This document shows, piece by piece, positions 1 to 11,123 of a stretch of 64,000 nt of DNA (position 1 is its first letter; the number at the start of each line of letters is the position of its first letter). The notes under the pieces are model-generated. The model was not told where the DNA came from and made no database searches. It was given only the letters and a program-made list of their open reading frames with translations. Source of the DNA: Candidatus Marinacidobacterales bacterium (GTDB lineage Bacteria; Acidobacteriota; Vicinamibacteria; Marinacidobacterales; SMYC01); contig OZ250169.1 in the NCBI GenBank assembly GCA_965237955.1, forward strand, positions 8,032,001 through 8,096,000, given 5' to 3'. The position numbers and the translations under genes are program-made.

Positions 1-858
1 TCAGGAGACCAAACAAACCCGTTTAATGATTACCGTACGCTTGGCGTGACCAACCAGAGCACCGGCGAGCCTGACACCATCTTTGTCCTGCGGCCGGAAT
101 TCCGGGGAGACTCGAGTAGAACGGTGATGACCAACCCCAGCTTTGCGGACGAAATTTACCGAGACTACAACGGAATTGAGTTTGCCGTACGAAGGCGCTT
201 TCGTGACGGCTGGCAATTGATGGCCGCCTACAACTTTAGCTCAAGCACGGGCAACGTCGCCAATGACTTCCAAGGCACGACGACCAGGAACCGGATATAC
301 AATAGCCCCAATGAGTTCATCAGAGCTATTGGCCCTCTCGCCCTGGACGCTCCCCACCAGTTCAAGCTCCAGGGGACCTATACCTTGCCCTACGATGTTC
401 TCCTGAGCGGCTTCTACCAGGCCCAGACCGGTTTTCCCATCAAGTTAATCGAAAGTGACCAATCCATTCAGGGATCCCACAAGCAGCGCTTCTACCCGCT
501 CTGCCCCTCCGGTAGTGCTGGCGGCGGAGCGAAAGGAGACGGCGGCGGTGGTGGCGGTTGCCAGCAGCCTCCGCTGGGTATTCCCGGAATCGTGGTGGAG
601 GGCAACATCGATTCGGCTGCACTGCAAGCCGGTGGCATACGCCACGACTTCAGACACAAGATCGACGTCCGATTGGAAAAGCAGTTTCCGTTCGGGGACC
701 GAATGAAACTGGGGCTCATCTTGGATGTCTTCAATCTAGGCAACGTCAGCCGGATTCAATCCTATAAGTCACTGCAAATAGATAACTCCAATTTCCTGAT
801 TCCAGCGTCGTTCGAAGCACCCCGTATTTTAAGATTGGGAGTGCGCTTCAATTTTTGA
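1..858 (+). CDS. TonB-dependent receptor-like outer-membrane protein, C-terminal part (runs off window start)
   Basis: Frame open from base 1; amphipathic beta-strands, DxRLEK..F, DVFNL.N and terminal PRILRLGVRFNF typical of TBDR barrels. Confidence 0.8.
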   Translation, partial: SGDQTNPFNDYRTLGVTNQSTGEPDTIFVLRPEFRGDSSRTVMTNPSFADEIYRDYNGIEFAVRRRFRDGWQLMAAYNFSSSTGNVANDFQGTTTRNRIYNSPNEFIRAIGPLALDAPHQFKLQGTYTLPYDVLLSGFYQAQTGFPIKLIESDQSIQGSHKQRFYPLCPSGSAGGGAKGDGGGGGGCQQPPLGIPGIVVEGNIDSAALQAGGIRHDFRHKIDVRLEKQFPFGDRMKLGLILDVFNLGNVSRIQSYKSLQIDNSNFLIPASFEAPRILRLGVRFNF

Positions 859-911
859 CCAGGGTTAGAAGTTTGAAAAGACGTAAGCTCTAGTCTCGAA
901 GCACCGACTCG

Positions 912-945
912 AAACGGGGCGCCAGTTGGCGCCCCGTTTTTTTTT
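912..945 (+). terminator. Rho-independent terminator
   Basis: AAACGGGGCGCCA/TGGCGCCCCGTTT hairpin followed by a T run. Confidence 0.85.
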
Positions 946-1080
946 GCTCGTTTTTGACCCCGGTGGCTGTCGCTGGGTACTCGGGGGGGTGAGTATAATG
1001 GGGCGAGTCTACGGGCCGTTATGAATGATGGGCAGGGTGTTCCCGTAACCCCCCACCTGTAAAGGATTAGGAGTCGCAGC

Positions 1081-1673
1081 GTGTTACCGAGCGGACGGAC
1101 GACTCGGCGGATGGTAACGGTCTTTTTGGCCGTGGCGGTGGCACTGCTACGCTTTGGAGAGGCGGGGTTATCGACGCAGTGGTCATTGCTCGATTTGGAG
1201 GGTCGACAGGTCGACCCCCTAAAGCAGACGGATGCCAAAGCGACCGTCTTTCTCTTCACCCGTACCGATTGTCCGATCTCGAACCGTTACACACCGGAGC
1301 TCCAACGACTGCAAGCGAAGTTCCGTCGGACAACGTCCGGTTCTGGCTCGTGTATTCCGATCCGGACGAATCGGTGAAAGCCATTCGTGAGCATGTGAAG
1401 GAATACGGTTACTCCTGGGGTGTTCTGCGCGATCTGCAACACGGGCTGGTCAGGAAAACCCAGGTGAGGGTGACACCGGAGGCTGCCGTCTTCGTGAGTG
1501 GGCGGATGGTGTATCGCGGCCGTATTGATGACCGCTACGTCGATTTTGGCAAGGCACGGGCGAAACCGACCCAACACGATCTCGAGCAAGCCCTACAGGC
1601 GATCCTCGAGGGGAGGCCGGTGGAACGCGCCATGACCCCTGCCGTCGGCTGCTTTATCCCGGATTTGCAATGA
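1081..1673 (+). pseudogene. Redoxin/thioredoxin-like exported protein, split by a 1-bp frameshift near 1325 (or sequencing error)
   Basis: ORF 1081-1377 (signal peptide, DCPIS..Y.PEL) continues in ORF 1179-1673 (TPEAAV, YRGRIDD, AVGCFI). Confidence 0.75.
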
Positions 1674-3613
1674 CCCGCTCGGCCCACTTAGCCCTCGCAA
1701 TACTCATCTTCCCAGGCGTCGTTGTATTCGGCGCTACGAAAGGAGTGCGATCTCAGAACGCGAGCCTTCTAGGCTCTTCAAGCAGGTTGACGTTCAACAA
1801 GGATATTGCGCCGATTGTGTTTGAAAACTGTGCAGCGTGTCATCGCCCCGGTGAGCCGGCACCCTTCAGCTTGTTGAGCTACCAAGATGTGCGCAAACGG
1901 GCCAGACAGATTGCGGTCGTCACCGGAAGTCGGTTCATGCCACCTTGGCTGCCCGAAGAAGGATACGGCGAATTCCTGGGCCAGCGCCGCCTCACGTCCG
2001 ACCAAATCGCCACCTTCCGCAAGTGGGTCGAGGACGGCGCCCTGGAGGGAGACCCGGATGATTTGCCCCCACTGCCGCAGTTTACCGAGGGCTGGCAACT
2101 CGGCGAACCGGATCTGGTGATCGAAATGGCTGAGCCTTACACTCTGCCGGCCGGGGATCGAGATGTGTTTCGCAGCTTCGTGATCCCGATACCGTTACCG
2201 ACCAGGAAATACGTGAGAGCCGTCGAATTTCGAGGAGGGAATCCGCGAATCGTCCATCACACCGTAATGCAAATTGATAAAACGCGTTCGACCCGATATC
2301 TCGATGAACAAGATCCCGAGCCGGGCTATGAGGGCATGTATCCTGGAGACGCCAGTAGCCCCGACGGCCAATTCTTGGGCTGGACACCGGGCAAGGTCCC
2401 GATGGCCGCCCCCGAGGGTATGGCCTGGCGCCTGGAGAAAGGCAGCGACCTTCTCCTCAAGGTGCACCTTCTGCCCAGCGGCAAGCCAGAGGTGGTTCGC
2501 TGCGCGGTAGGATTCTACTTTACCGAGAAGGCACCCACGCGCATTCCTCTCGGACTCAGGCTTGGCTCCCATACCATCGACATTCCTGCCGGAAAGAAAG
2601 ACTATACGATCAAAGACTCCTTCGAGTTGCCAGTCGACGTGGAGGTGCTCGGCGTGTACCCGCATGCCCATTACCTGGCACGGGACATGAAAGGCTATGC
2701 CACGCTTGCCGATGGCACGACGAGGTGGCTCATCCGTATCAAGGAATGGGATTTCAACTGGCAGGACGAGTATCGATTCGCCGAGCCGGTGTTCTTACCC
2801 CGGGGTACCAAGCTCGAAATGGAATACACCTACGACAACTCCTCCGACAATGTGTTCAACCCGCACCATCCTCCCCGGCGTGTGGTATTCGGTCCGCACT
2901 CATCGGATGAGATGGGGGACTTGTGGTTTCAGCTGGTGCCTACCGATAGCGCCGAGCTGGCGATTCTGAAACGCGATTTCGCGATAAAGGATCACCGGGC
3001 GCGCCTCGACGGCTACAAACATCGAATTCGCACCACTCCCGGAGATGCCCAACCACACTATGACCTGGGCATCATGCTATCGGCTCGAGGTAAGCGAGAG
3101 GAAGCGATTCGACATTATCGTCGCGCCGTCGAGATCAAACCAGACTTTGCCCTAGCGCACAACAACCTGGGCCACGTGCTGCTGGCGCAGCGCAAGACGG
3201 ACGAGGCGATGAAGCTCTTTCGTTACGCTTTGCGAGTCGATCCGGACCTGGCTCTAGCACACAACAATCTCGGTGTCGCACTGTTGATGCAGGGGGATAG
3301 CGAGGAAGCGATCCGGCATTTTCGTAGTGCCCTGCGGGCCTGGCCCGACTTCGCTGATGTGCACCACAACTTGGGCAAGGCCCTGTTGCTCCAGGGTAGC
3401 GGCGAAGAAGCGATCGGTCACTATCGTCAGGCCGTGTCAATCAAGCCCGACTCGGTTCTGGCGCACTTGAGCCTCGGCAACGCTCTCGCCCGACAAGGGA
3501 TTTTGGTCGAGGCCGCGGCCCACTATGAACGGGTGCTGCAGATCCAACCCGGCCATGTCAAAGCACAAAAAAACCTAAAACTGGTTAGGTCGCATCTCGA
3601 GAAGAACCGCTAG
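1670..3613 (+). CDS. Exported protein: cytochrome c-like CxxCH + copper type II monooxygenase-like domains + C-terminal TPR repeats
   Basis: CAACH; IVHH, PHAH, WDFNWQ, DEMG motifs; about 6 TPRs (AHNNLG..L). Confidence 0.75.
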   Translation: MTRSAHLALAILIFPGVVVFGATKGVRSQNASLLGSSSRLTFNKDIAPIVFENCAACHRPGEPAPFSLLSYQDVRKRARQIAVVTGSRFMPPWLPEEGYGEFLGQRRLTSDQIATFRKWVEDGALEGDPDDLPPLPQFTEGWQLGEPDLVIEMAEPYTLPAGDRDVFRSFVIPIPLPTRKYVRAVEFRGGNPRIVHHTVMQIDKTRSTRYLDEQDPEPGYEGMYPGDASSPDGQFLGWTPGKVPMAAPEGMAWRLEKGSDLLLKVHLLPSGKPEVVRCAVGFYFTEKAPTRIPLGLRLGSHTIDIPAGKKDYTIKDSFELPVDVEVLGVYPHAHYLARDMKGYATLADGTTRWLIRIKEWDFNWQDEYRFAEPVFLPRGTKLEMEYTYDNSSDNVFNPHHPPRRVVFGPHSSDEMGDLWFQLVPTDSAELAILKRDFAIKDHRARLDGYKHRIRTTPGDAQPHYDLGIMLSARGKREEAIRHYRRAVEIKPDFALAHNNLGHVLLAQRKTDEAMKLFRYALRVDPDLALAHNNLGVALLMQGDSEEAIRHFRSALRAWPDFADVHHNLGKALLLQGSGEEAIGHYRQAVSIKPDSVLAHLSLGNALARQGILVEAAAHYERVLQIQPGHVKAQKNLKLVRSHLEKNR

Positions 3614-3639
3614 CTCAGAACTCCGTTGACCGAGGGAAC

Positions 3640-3810
3640 ACGTCCATCCTCACGCCTCGCCATTTGTTCGTAACGGCCAGGAGGACGGCGTAGCTGATTT
3701 TCACAGCGGCGTCCTCGGTGAAGAAGTGAGGAATGACCTTCGTCCGACGCTTATGCTCTCCGAAGGTACGCTCGAGTGCGTATTCCGAGCACCGCTACTC
3801 AGTACCGAGC
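3640..3810 (-). mobile_element. IS256 transposase C-terminal remnant abutting an IS21-like end
   Basis: Minus strand reads LERTFGEHKRRTKVIPHFFTEDAAVK..W; TGCGTATTCCG at 3777 matches the IS21 terminus. Confidence 0.55.
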
Positions 3811-4523
3811 GGCCTCTTATCCAATACCCTATACTCTGACCTGTTCACTTACTACGGATCTCAGCATGGGTAGGTGCGGAGTGACGAACCCATGACTGCG
3901 TTCACCCGGCGCCGCGCGTCCGCAGCTGCCGTGGTTCTCCTGCTGGTTGGAGGTGTCGTCTGGTGCGCCCAGGCAATTCGCAAGGCAGAGCGGCCGAGTG
4001 GAGACGACCTGGTAAGCTACCTTGCGTCGTCCACAGCGCTGTACTCCGGCTCGGACCCGTATAACACTGGTAGCCAGTTTCCCTACATCTACCCGTTGTT
4101 GCTGGCCACGCTCATCAGGCCGTTGGCCGAGCTCCCCCCCCGCACCGTAGCGGTCCTGTGGTTCATGCTTTCGTCGGCGTGCCTGCTGTACGTCGTGAAT
4201 GCCGCTGCCCGTTGTCCGGGGCGGGCGCGCACTTTTGGCGTTCTCGCCCTCGCTGGCGTCGTTGCGGTTTTCGGTGACGTAATCCACAGAACGAGTTGCT
4301 GAACGGGCAGGTGAACCTGCTGGTGCTGGCGCTGGTCGTGGCCTCAGTGCGATTGGCGAACAGACCACATGCAGCGCCCGCTCTGCTTGGTGCTGCGATC
4401 GCGCTCAAACTCACGCCTGCGCTGCTGCTCATCTACTGGTGCGTCAAGGGCCGCTTCCAGTATGCCGTCCAGGTTGTGCTCTGGGCGGCAGTCTTTATGC
4501 TTGCGCCCTGGCTCGTAGTGCAG

Positions 4524-5968
4524 GGAGGTGCCCCCACCATAGTTGGAGGTTCGAGGTGGTGGCGGCTCCTGACACATGGTTTACCCGACTTTGGCGTGCT
4601 TGTCGAGCGCTTGATTCTCAGTGACCTCCGCTAACTTCGCTTCGAGGATAGGTAGCGATTGGTATCCAATGATACGACGGAAATTTTTCTCCGTGGCGAG
4701 CAGAGCCGAAGCGGCCCATCTCAGAACCATCTTGCCATTGCGCCAGCGGGTGACGCGACGGGTACGACCTCGCGCACCGCTGAAGCACGACTCGATGATG
4801 TTCGTCGATCCAAGGCAGCGTTTCAGAGATGCGGGGAGGTCGAGCTCGTTGATGGTGAACATCTCGTCGAGCCCCTCCCGGATGCTCTCCGCCGCCGAGG
4901 GGTAGTCGTCCTCGAGCCACTTCGCCTGTTGCTCCAACCGCGCTTTGCCCTTCTTTGCTGGGAGCTGCCAGGCCGAACGCAGGCTCGCTTGCACTTGCGG
5001 CTTCAGCTCCTGCGGCAGATAACCGAGCACATTGCGCTCCTTGTGCTTCCTGCAACGCTGGACCTTGTTGTGGGTACCGAACACAGCGTCGACGGCGACC
5101 CGTAGCGCCTTGGAGCCATCGATCACGAACAGCCGACACCGCTCTGGGCTCAGGCCTCGTTCGACCAGGTCCTCCAGCAGCGCCTTGCACACTATCTGGT
5201 TCTCCGATGCTCCATCCCGAAGCCCCAGAACATGCTTGTATCCCTCTGTATCTACGCCGATTGCCGCCAGCGCGTGGTGCTCGCCGAAGCGAATCCCGTC
5301 CAGGTACACGACCGCGATCTCCAGCTCGTCCAGCGGATGCTCCATCAGCCCCTGCAACTGCTCCGCGCTTGCTTCCACGAACTCACGGCTCACCTCGCTC
5401 TTGCTAACCCCTACCGTCTCCGCCATCTCGGGAAGAACCGACGCGTACTTGCGCGTCGACACACCCAGCATCAGGATTTCCCAGATGCGTTGGCTCAGCC
5501 GAGACGAGTTGTTCACCGCTTCGTAGGCAGGAATCGCAACCTCCCCTCCCTCTGCCTTTCCCTTACGCCGCAGACGTGGCCGGCTCACTCTCAACTTCCG
5601 CTCCGCAAGGCTTACTACGCCACCCTGCCGGCCGTGCCAGCGAACATCGCTACCCTTCTTCCCCGGGTGTTTCTCCCCAGCCACACTTTGGGCTGACAGA
5701 TCCAAGACCGCTTCGATCGTCGCTCGGCCAGCAACGTCGATCACTTCGTCGATCGCTATCTCGGTTCGCTCAATCGCATCCAAGAACGGCAACAGAGCTT
5801 GCCCCTTCGAGCTCAGTATCTCTCGAAGCTTCTTCCTGTTCTTCGCATCGATGATTTGGTGATTTGACATCGTGGTGGCTCCTTTCTTTTTCCTTCACAG
5901 CCGGATTCTATCGAACCCGGCCTTAGGAGCCGCCACTCCTAACCTTCAACTATCTCAGGGGCATCTCC
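4524..5968 (-). mobile_element. IS256-family element type 1, intact
   Basis: Imperfect 28-bp IRs GGAG(G/A)TGCCCC...; 8-bp TSD TAGTGCAG (4516-4523 and 5969-5976). Confidence 0.92.
4581..5870 (-). CDS. IS256 family transposase
   Basis: LDG, IDG.K, QRC..HK.RN, STN.IES motifs. Confidence 0.92.
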   Translation of the reverse strand: MSNHQIIDAKNRKKLREILSSKGQALLPFLDAIERTEIAIDEVIDVAGRATIEAVLDLSAQSVAGEKHPGKKGSDVRWHGRQGGVVSLAERKLRVSRPRLRRKGKAEGGEVAIPAYEAVNNSSRLSQRIWEILMLGVSTRKYASVLPEMAETVGVSKSEVSREFVEASAEQLQGLMEHPLDELEIAVVYLDGIRFGEHHALAAIGVDTEGYKHVLGLRDGASENQIVCKALLEDLVERGLSPERCRLFVIDGSKALRVAVDAVFGTHNKVQRCRKHKERNVLGYLPQELKPQVQASLRSAWQLPAKKGKARLEQQAKWLEDDYPSAAESIREGLDEMFTINELDLPASLKRCLGSTNIIESCFSGARGRTRRVTRWRNGKMVLRWAASALLATEKNFRRIIGYQSLPILEAKLAEVTENQALDKHAKVG

Positions 5969-6544
5969 TAGTGCAGAATGCCTTGTGGCTTCTCTATGCG
6001 GGCTATCTCAGCGACTTCGCACTCGCGCGATTGTCGGTGCCGCAAGGCCAAGGCCCGGGACTCTTCTTCACGATCTACGGTTTCTGGTCATGGCTGACAG
6101 GAACGCATCCCGCGGACCCGCTGCTCATTCTCAGCACGGCCCTAGGCACGGCGGTAGCCCTGGCAGTCTGGCACCGCCGGATGCTCACGAGGAGGCAAGC
6201 GATCCTAAACGACTCGCCTGCGGCTTGGGTCTACATAGCGGCAGTTCCGCTGCTCAGCCCGATGTCTGAAGTGCACCATCTCACCTCACTGCTTCCAGCC
6301 GCAGCATACAGCGTAGCTGCATGCGCCGGATATGTCGAGAAGGCGGGCCTCGTCCTGTCGGCAGTACTCCTTTGGCTTGGTTGGCTCGACCCCACGGGCC
6401 CCTGGTACTTCCTTGCAGTGCTCGCACTGATCAGCTCGGCTGCTGTCGTGCTGTCCCGCGTGTCAGACCAGGCGGCGCCCGCTGAACTACTGTCGCCCGC
6501 GTAGCAGTATCCCCGGTGCTTGCGCTGTTCGCTTCTTGAAGCCA

Positions 6545-6690
6545 AGAAATACCGTGTTCGTCTTCACGCGGTCCGTCACATGGTAGAAGAGGGTTTCCGA
6601 GAAAACGACATTCTGACGGAGGTGCTCGAGCGGTGTAAAAATTGGAAGACTATCCGGATGATTCGCGGTGTTTACTAATTGGACATTTTT
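6545..6690 (+). pseudogene. DUF4258-like (RelE-like toxin) remnant
   Basis: KKYRVRLHAVRHMVEEGF..DI.. followed by EDYPDDSRCLL in a shifted frame. Confidence 0.45.
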
Positions 6691-6720
6691 CGATGATTGA
6701 CAACGTCAGCTCGCCCTTGG

Positions 6721-8250
6721 GGGATGTCCCGGCCGCTGGTCGGGTAGCGGCGGCACCTGTGAATACTCTTAGGCAGCAAACTCATCGCTGTCAAGAGATT
6801 TCTGTTTGCTTCTAAGCGCGTGAACGAGAGCGCCCATATGGCGATAGCCTTTGATACGCCGGAACTCTTTCTGCGCGGTGACGACGCCAAGAGCGGTCCA
6901 TCGGCGAACCATGGAAGGACTCTTCCAACGCTTGACGTTTCTCGATACTCTGCGAATGGTTCCGTTGAGATTCTCAATGGCGTTCGTCGTGGCAAGAGAC
7001 TGGCGAAGTAAGGCGGGCAGCGCGAGCTTCACGACCGTGAGTGTCTCTTCCATCCCTTCACGAAGGCTTCCGGCAGCTTCGTCGTAGCCGTTTCGCTCGA
7101 GCCACGACACCAATACCTGAAGTCGCTTGCGCGCCTTGTCGGCACTCTTGCACTTGTAGGCTTCCTTCATCGTCTGGAGCACGTAGGCGTGACGAGACTC
7201 TGGGAAGGTACGAGCGAAGATTTCGGAGTTTATGGATCTGGCACCTTTGGATGACCGCGAGGTCCCCAAAAACGTCGACGAGTGCCTTGCGGATGCCTTT
7301 GCCTCCGTCCACTACGCAGAGAATCGACGCATCGACGCGCAAGCCTCGCTCGAGAAGGTCCTGCAACATCGCGGTGCACACCCGAGAGTTCTCCGTCGAG
7401 CCCAGCCATATACCCAGGGGCACCTTCGTTCCATCTATTGTGATACCGAGAGTTACGACGACGGTCTGTCCGGCCACCTCAAGGCCATCCAGCATCAGTG
7501 CCGCAAGCTCGAACTCCTCTAGCCGCCGAGACAGGTATTCCTCGAGCTTCTTAGTCGTCTGGCTCACGAGGTGACGGCTGGCGGCACTCTTACTCGTGCC
7601 ACGAGACTTCAACTTGGCCGCGGGTTTGTCCAGACTCGATTCGTAATTTCGGGTCGATACCCCCATCAAGATCTGATTCAACACTCGCTCTGGAAGCGGG
7701 TCTTCTTCGCGGAAGGCTTCGAAGTGTGGAAGCGACGCCTCCTCGCCCGACTTCGAGCGAACTCGAGGTCGCGACACTTGGATGCGACGACCACCGAAGC
7801 TCAGCTCTCCGTTCGTGCTCCCCCAGTGGTTATGAGTTCGCTCCTTCTCGTGCTTGCCCTTGAGCCCCGCGATCTCCTCGGCGTCCTCTCTGAGCAGTAG
7901 GTGCAGAGCTGTCAGTCCTTGCTCGTACACCCATTCCGTCAGATCCGCCTTCGTGGCCGCGATCCCAGCTATCATCGGTAGCAGTATCTGACCGACTTGG
8001 CCAACTACCTTGCCCGTAGGCGAGTGCGTTTGCTTTCTTACTGGCTTCTTTGATTTCCTAGTCCCCTGGATCTTTGATTACTATACAAAGTTAGGCTTTT
8101 CGCCAGCCCATAAGATTCATAAGATTCATGCACTTAGAAGGGTTTCGGCAAGCTCTGTTTTATCTAGTTTGTTCTGATACAGGGGACTAGGCATTGGTGG
8201 CTCCTTGTCCCCCTCTGGAGACGGTTTATTGGCAGACCTATTCTTAGGGC
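6721..8250 (-). mobile_element. IS256-family element type 2; transposase (8194-6769) broken by a MITE and a frameshift near 7205
   Basis: LDG, VDG.K, QRC..HK, TTN.IE motifs; GGGATGTCCCG end; intact 5' allele at 63957; upper boundary approximate. Confidence 0.85.
8062..8186. mobile_element. 125-bp MITE inserted at CTAG, copy 1
   Basis: TIR TCCCCTG(G/T)ATC; CTAG on both sides; empty allele TTTCCTAGGCAT near 63946. Confidence 0.9.
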
Positions 8251-8447
8251 CGCCGACAAAATAACTGTCTTGTTTTGAGCACACTCTTCCTGTTTCAGGT
8301 CGTGATCGCGATGTCGTCTGGCATCACGAGAGCCTGGCAAGCTCCCTAGAAACGGAACATTTGTAGATCTTCAGCAACCAGCGCGTGTTTGACAAACGGT
8401 CCTCATTTTAGGGAGGATTACGCCTATCAAGGAGCACTTCTCCTATT

Positions 8448-9950
8448 ATGAGACCTACGAGCTATCAGTCTGAAGATCTCGACCGCCTGTTGAGGAAGCA
8501 CAAAATAGCTACCCTCGATGATTTGAAGGCAGTGTTGGGTACCGATGTGGACTCGACCGTCTTCCGAAAGCTCAATGAGTTGGCGTATCGGACAAGCTAC
8601 TCCCACCGTGGTAGCTACTACACGTTGGACGAGATCGCCCAGTTCGATCGAAAAGGTCTTTGGTCGTTGCGCTCAGTGTGGTTCTCGAAGTACGGGACGT
8701 TGCTTGCGACGGTAAAAGCGTTGGTCGCGGCCTGTGAGGCAGGCTACTACGTCGACGAGCTCGAGGACGTGGTGCAGGTTGACGTCAAGGCTCCTCTGTT
8801 GAAACTGGTCCGAGAGAAAAGATTGGCGCGCGAGCAGGTGTTCGGCCGATATCTGTATCTGGCCACCGATGTGAGCACGCGCAAGCAACAGCTCTCGGCC
8901 CGCCAGGTACATGAGGCGTCACCTTCCACGTTGGGCTGGGTCGGGGGAGTCCGCGTGCTCCCCGTGGAGTTGAAGGCTGCGATCGTTCTTTTCTACAGCC
9001 TGCTCGATGAAAAGCAGCGCCGTCTCTACGCGGGAGTCGAGGCCATGAAGCTCGGTCACGGTGGCGACCAACAGATTGCCGAACTGCTCGGGATGGATCC
9101 GAGCACGGTAGCCAGAGGTCGTAGGGAATTGCTAATGAGAGATGTTGAGCTCGACGGAGTTCGGCGAAAGGGTGGCGGACGGCGCGCCGTGCAAAAAAAA
9201 CGCCAGAAGTCATCGCCAAGATCGAAGAACTCATGAAGCACGACACCGCGGGCGATCCGATGACGGGAGTGAAATGGACGCGGCGGACCACCGACAAGAT
9301 TGCTTGCGAGCTAAGAAGCCTCGGTGTGAACGTCAGCAGCAAAACCGTCGGTCGACTGCTCAAACAGCTCGGCTTCTCGTTGCGGGTGAACCACAAGAAG
9401 CTGTGCGGTGCCACGTCCGAAGATCGCGATACCCAATTCGCGTGTATCGCCGAACTGCGCGAGCGTTTTGCCGCAGCTGGTCATCCCATCATCAGCGTAG
9501 ACACGAAGAAACGGGAGCTGGTGGGATTATTCAAAAACGGCGGGCAGGCCTGGAACCGCGAGCCGACTCTCGTCAAAGACCATGACTTCCGTTCCGAATC
9601 GAACGGCATCGCAATCCCCTACGGCGTCTACGATCTGCTCGCGAACCGCGGGACAGTGTTCATTGGTACCTCGTACAACACCCCGGACTTCGCCGTGAAT
9701 GCCATCGAGAAGTGGTGGCGAACGGAAGGACGGCGACGCTATCCTGCAGCCCGTGACCTCGCGATATTGGCAGACGCCGGGGGCAGCAATGGCTATCGGT
9801 GTCGGGGTTGGAAGCACGGGCTTCAAACGCGGATTTGCAATCGCCACGACATCGCTATCACCATAGCCCACTATCCGTCCGGTACATCCAAGTGGAATCC
9901 AGTGGAGCACCGTCTGTTCAGCGAGATCAGCAAGAACTGGGCGGGCAGGC
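8448..9950 (+). mobile_element. ISAzo13-family transposase (orfA 8448-9236, orfB from 9233; A8 slip site 9193-9200), truncated by IS21
   Basis: LDEKQRRLYA, TAGDPM..KWT, ISVDTKK.E, DAGGSN, SKWNPVEHRLFS motifs. Confidence 0.88.
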
Positions 9951-10364
9951 TGCGTATTCCAGCCATCGTGAACGCCGAATCCAGAGCAAGCTGAACAGCG
10001 AATCCGGTGAAGCCGAACGCTCATCGAAGCGATGAAGTGTTGGGTGACCTCCTTCCCACTGATTGAAAACGTGAACCTATCTTACCTGCGTGTTGTGTAG
10101 CAAGGGGCGGCAGGTCGGTGCCGGAGGGAGCGGGCGTAAGGAAAGACGCGAAGCGACCTTCCCGCTCCCGTAGGCAGCGACCTGCCGCGGCCGAACCCCG
10201 GGCGATGTGGGGCTGGTTTCGGGGGGTTGCTGGGGTATGGCCTGGCTCGAGAAGACGCTTCCTGAGGCATTCTCGCGCGTCGTTTTGGCACCGCATCGTC
10301 TGGTACCCCGGGTTTGGCGGTTTCACCCGTTTTTATCGCATCGACGCTGTGGTCCCTCGCTCGC

Positions 10365-11123
10365 TCATGCATCGGCGTTGTCAAATGCCTTTGGCGCAGC
10401 CTTGGTCTTTCTCAGAGAAGCTCCTTTGAGAGTGATGCGGTGCGCGCTGTGGAGAATGCGATCGCAGATAGCGTCTGCCTGGTTTGGGTCGCCAATCGCT
10501 TCGTGCCACTGCTTGAGCGGAATCTGGGTCGCGATGAGTGTGGAGCCACGCTCGGCGCGGTCTTCGATGACCTCCATTAGATCCCGTCTCTCCGATTCTT
10601 TCAGCGGGTGAAGCAGCCAATCATCGATAGCCAGTAAGTCCAGCTTGGCGAGTTTCGTCAAAAGCCGGGCGTAGGAACCATCACCACGAGCGACCGCGAG
10701 CTCGTGGAGCAAGCGCGGTGCTCGCACGTAGCATCCGGTGAAGCCGCGACGACAGGCCCGCTCCACGAAGGCGCAAGCCAAGAACGATTTGCCAATCCCC
10801 GTCGGGCCGGTGATGAGCAGGTTATGGCGCTCACCGACAAAGCGGCAGTTGCCCAGGCTCAAGATCTGTTCGCGGTTTAAGCCTCGAGGCGCTTGGAAGT
10901 TCACGTTCTCCAAACATGCCGGATAGCGGAGCTTTGCCGCTCGCAGTCGTCGAGAAAGCTTACGCTGTTCGCGGGCGGTCCACTCGGCATCGACCAGGAG
11001 TCCCACACGTTCCTCGAAGCTCAGCTCCTTGTATTCGCTCGAGCTCAACTGGGTTTCGAACGCGGACACCAAGCCGAACAACTTCATGGCGTTCATCTTT
11101 TCTATCGTTTCGGGTGTCAGCAT
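10365..11123 (-). CDS. istB: IS21 helper ATPase
   Basis: GPTGIGKS Walker A, LLAIDD Walker B, DAICDR. Confidence 0.93.
   Translation of the reverse strand: MLTPETIEKMNAMKLFGLVSAFETQLSSSEYKELSFEERVGLLVDAEWTAREQRKLSRRLRAAKLRYPACLENVNFQAPRGLNREQILSLGNCRFVGERHNLLITGPTGIGKSFLACAFVERACRRGFTGCYVRAPRLLHELAVARGDGSYARLLTKLAKLDLLAIDDWLLHPLKESERRDLMEVIEDRAERGSTLIATQIPLKQWHEAIGDPNQADAICDRILHSAHRITLKGASLRKTKAAPKAFDNADA

Larger units (their letters stand above)
3874..6504 (+). pseudogene. GT87 (DUF2029) membrane glycosyltransferase, frameshifted near 4290 and interrupted by IS256
   Basis: YIYP.L, NGQVN, K..P, SP.SE.HH motifs; the two halves rejoin across the TAGTGCAG duplication. Confidence 0.8.
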
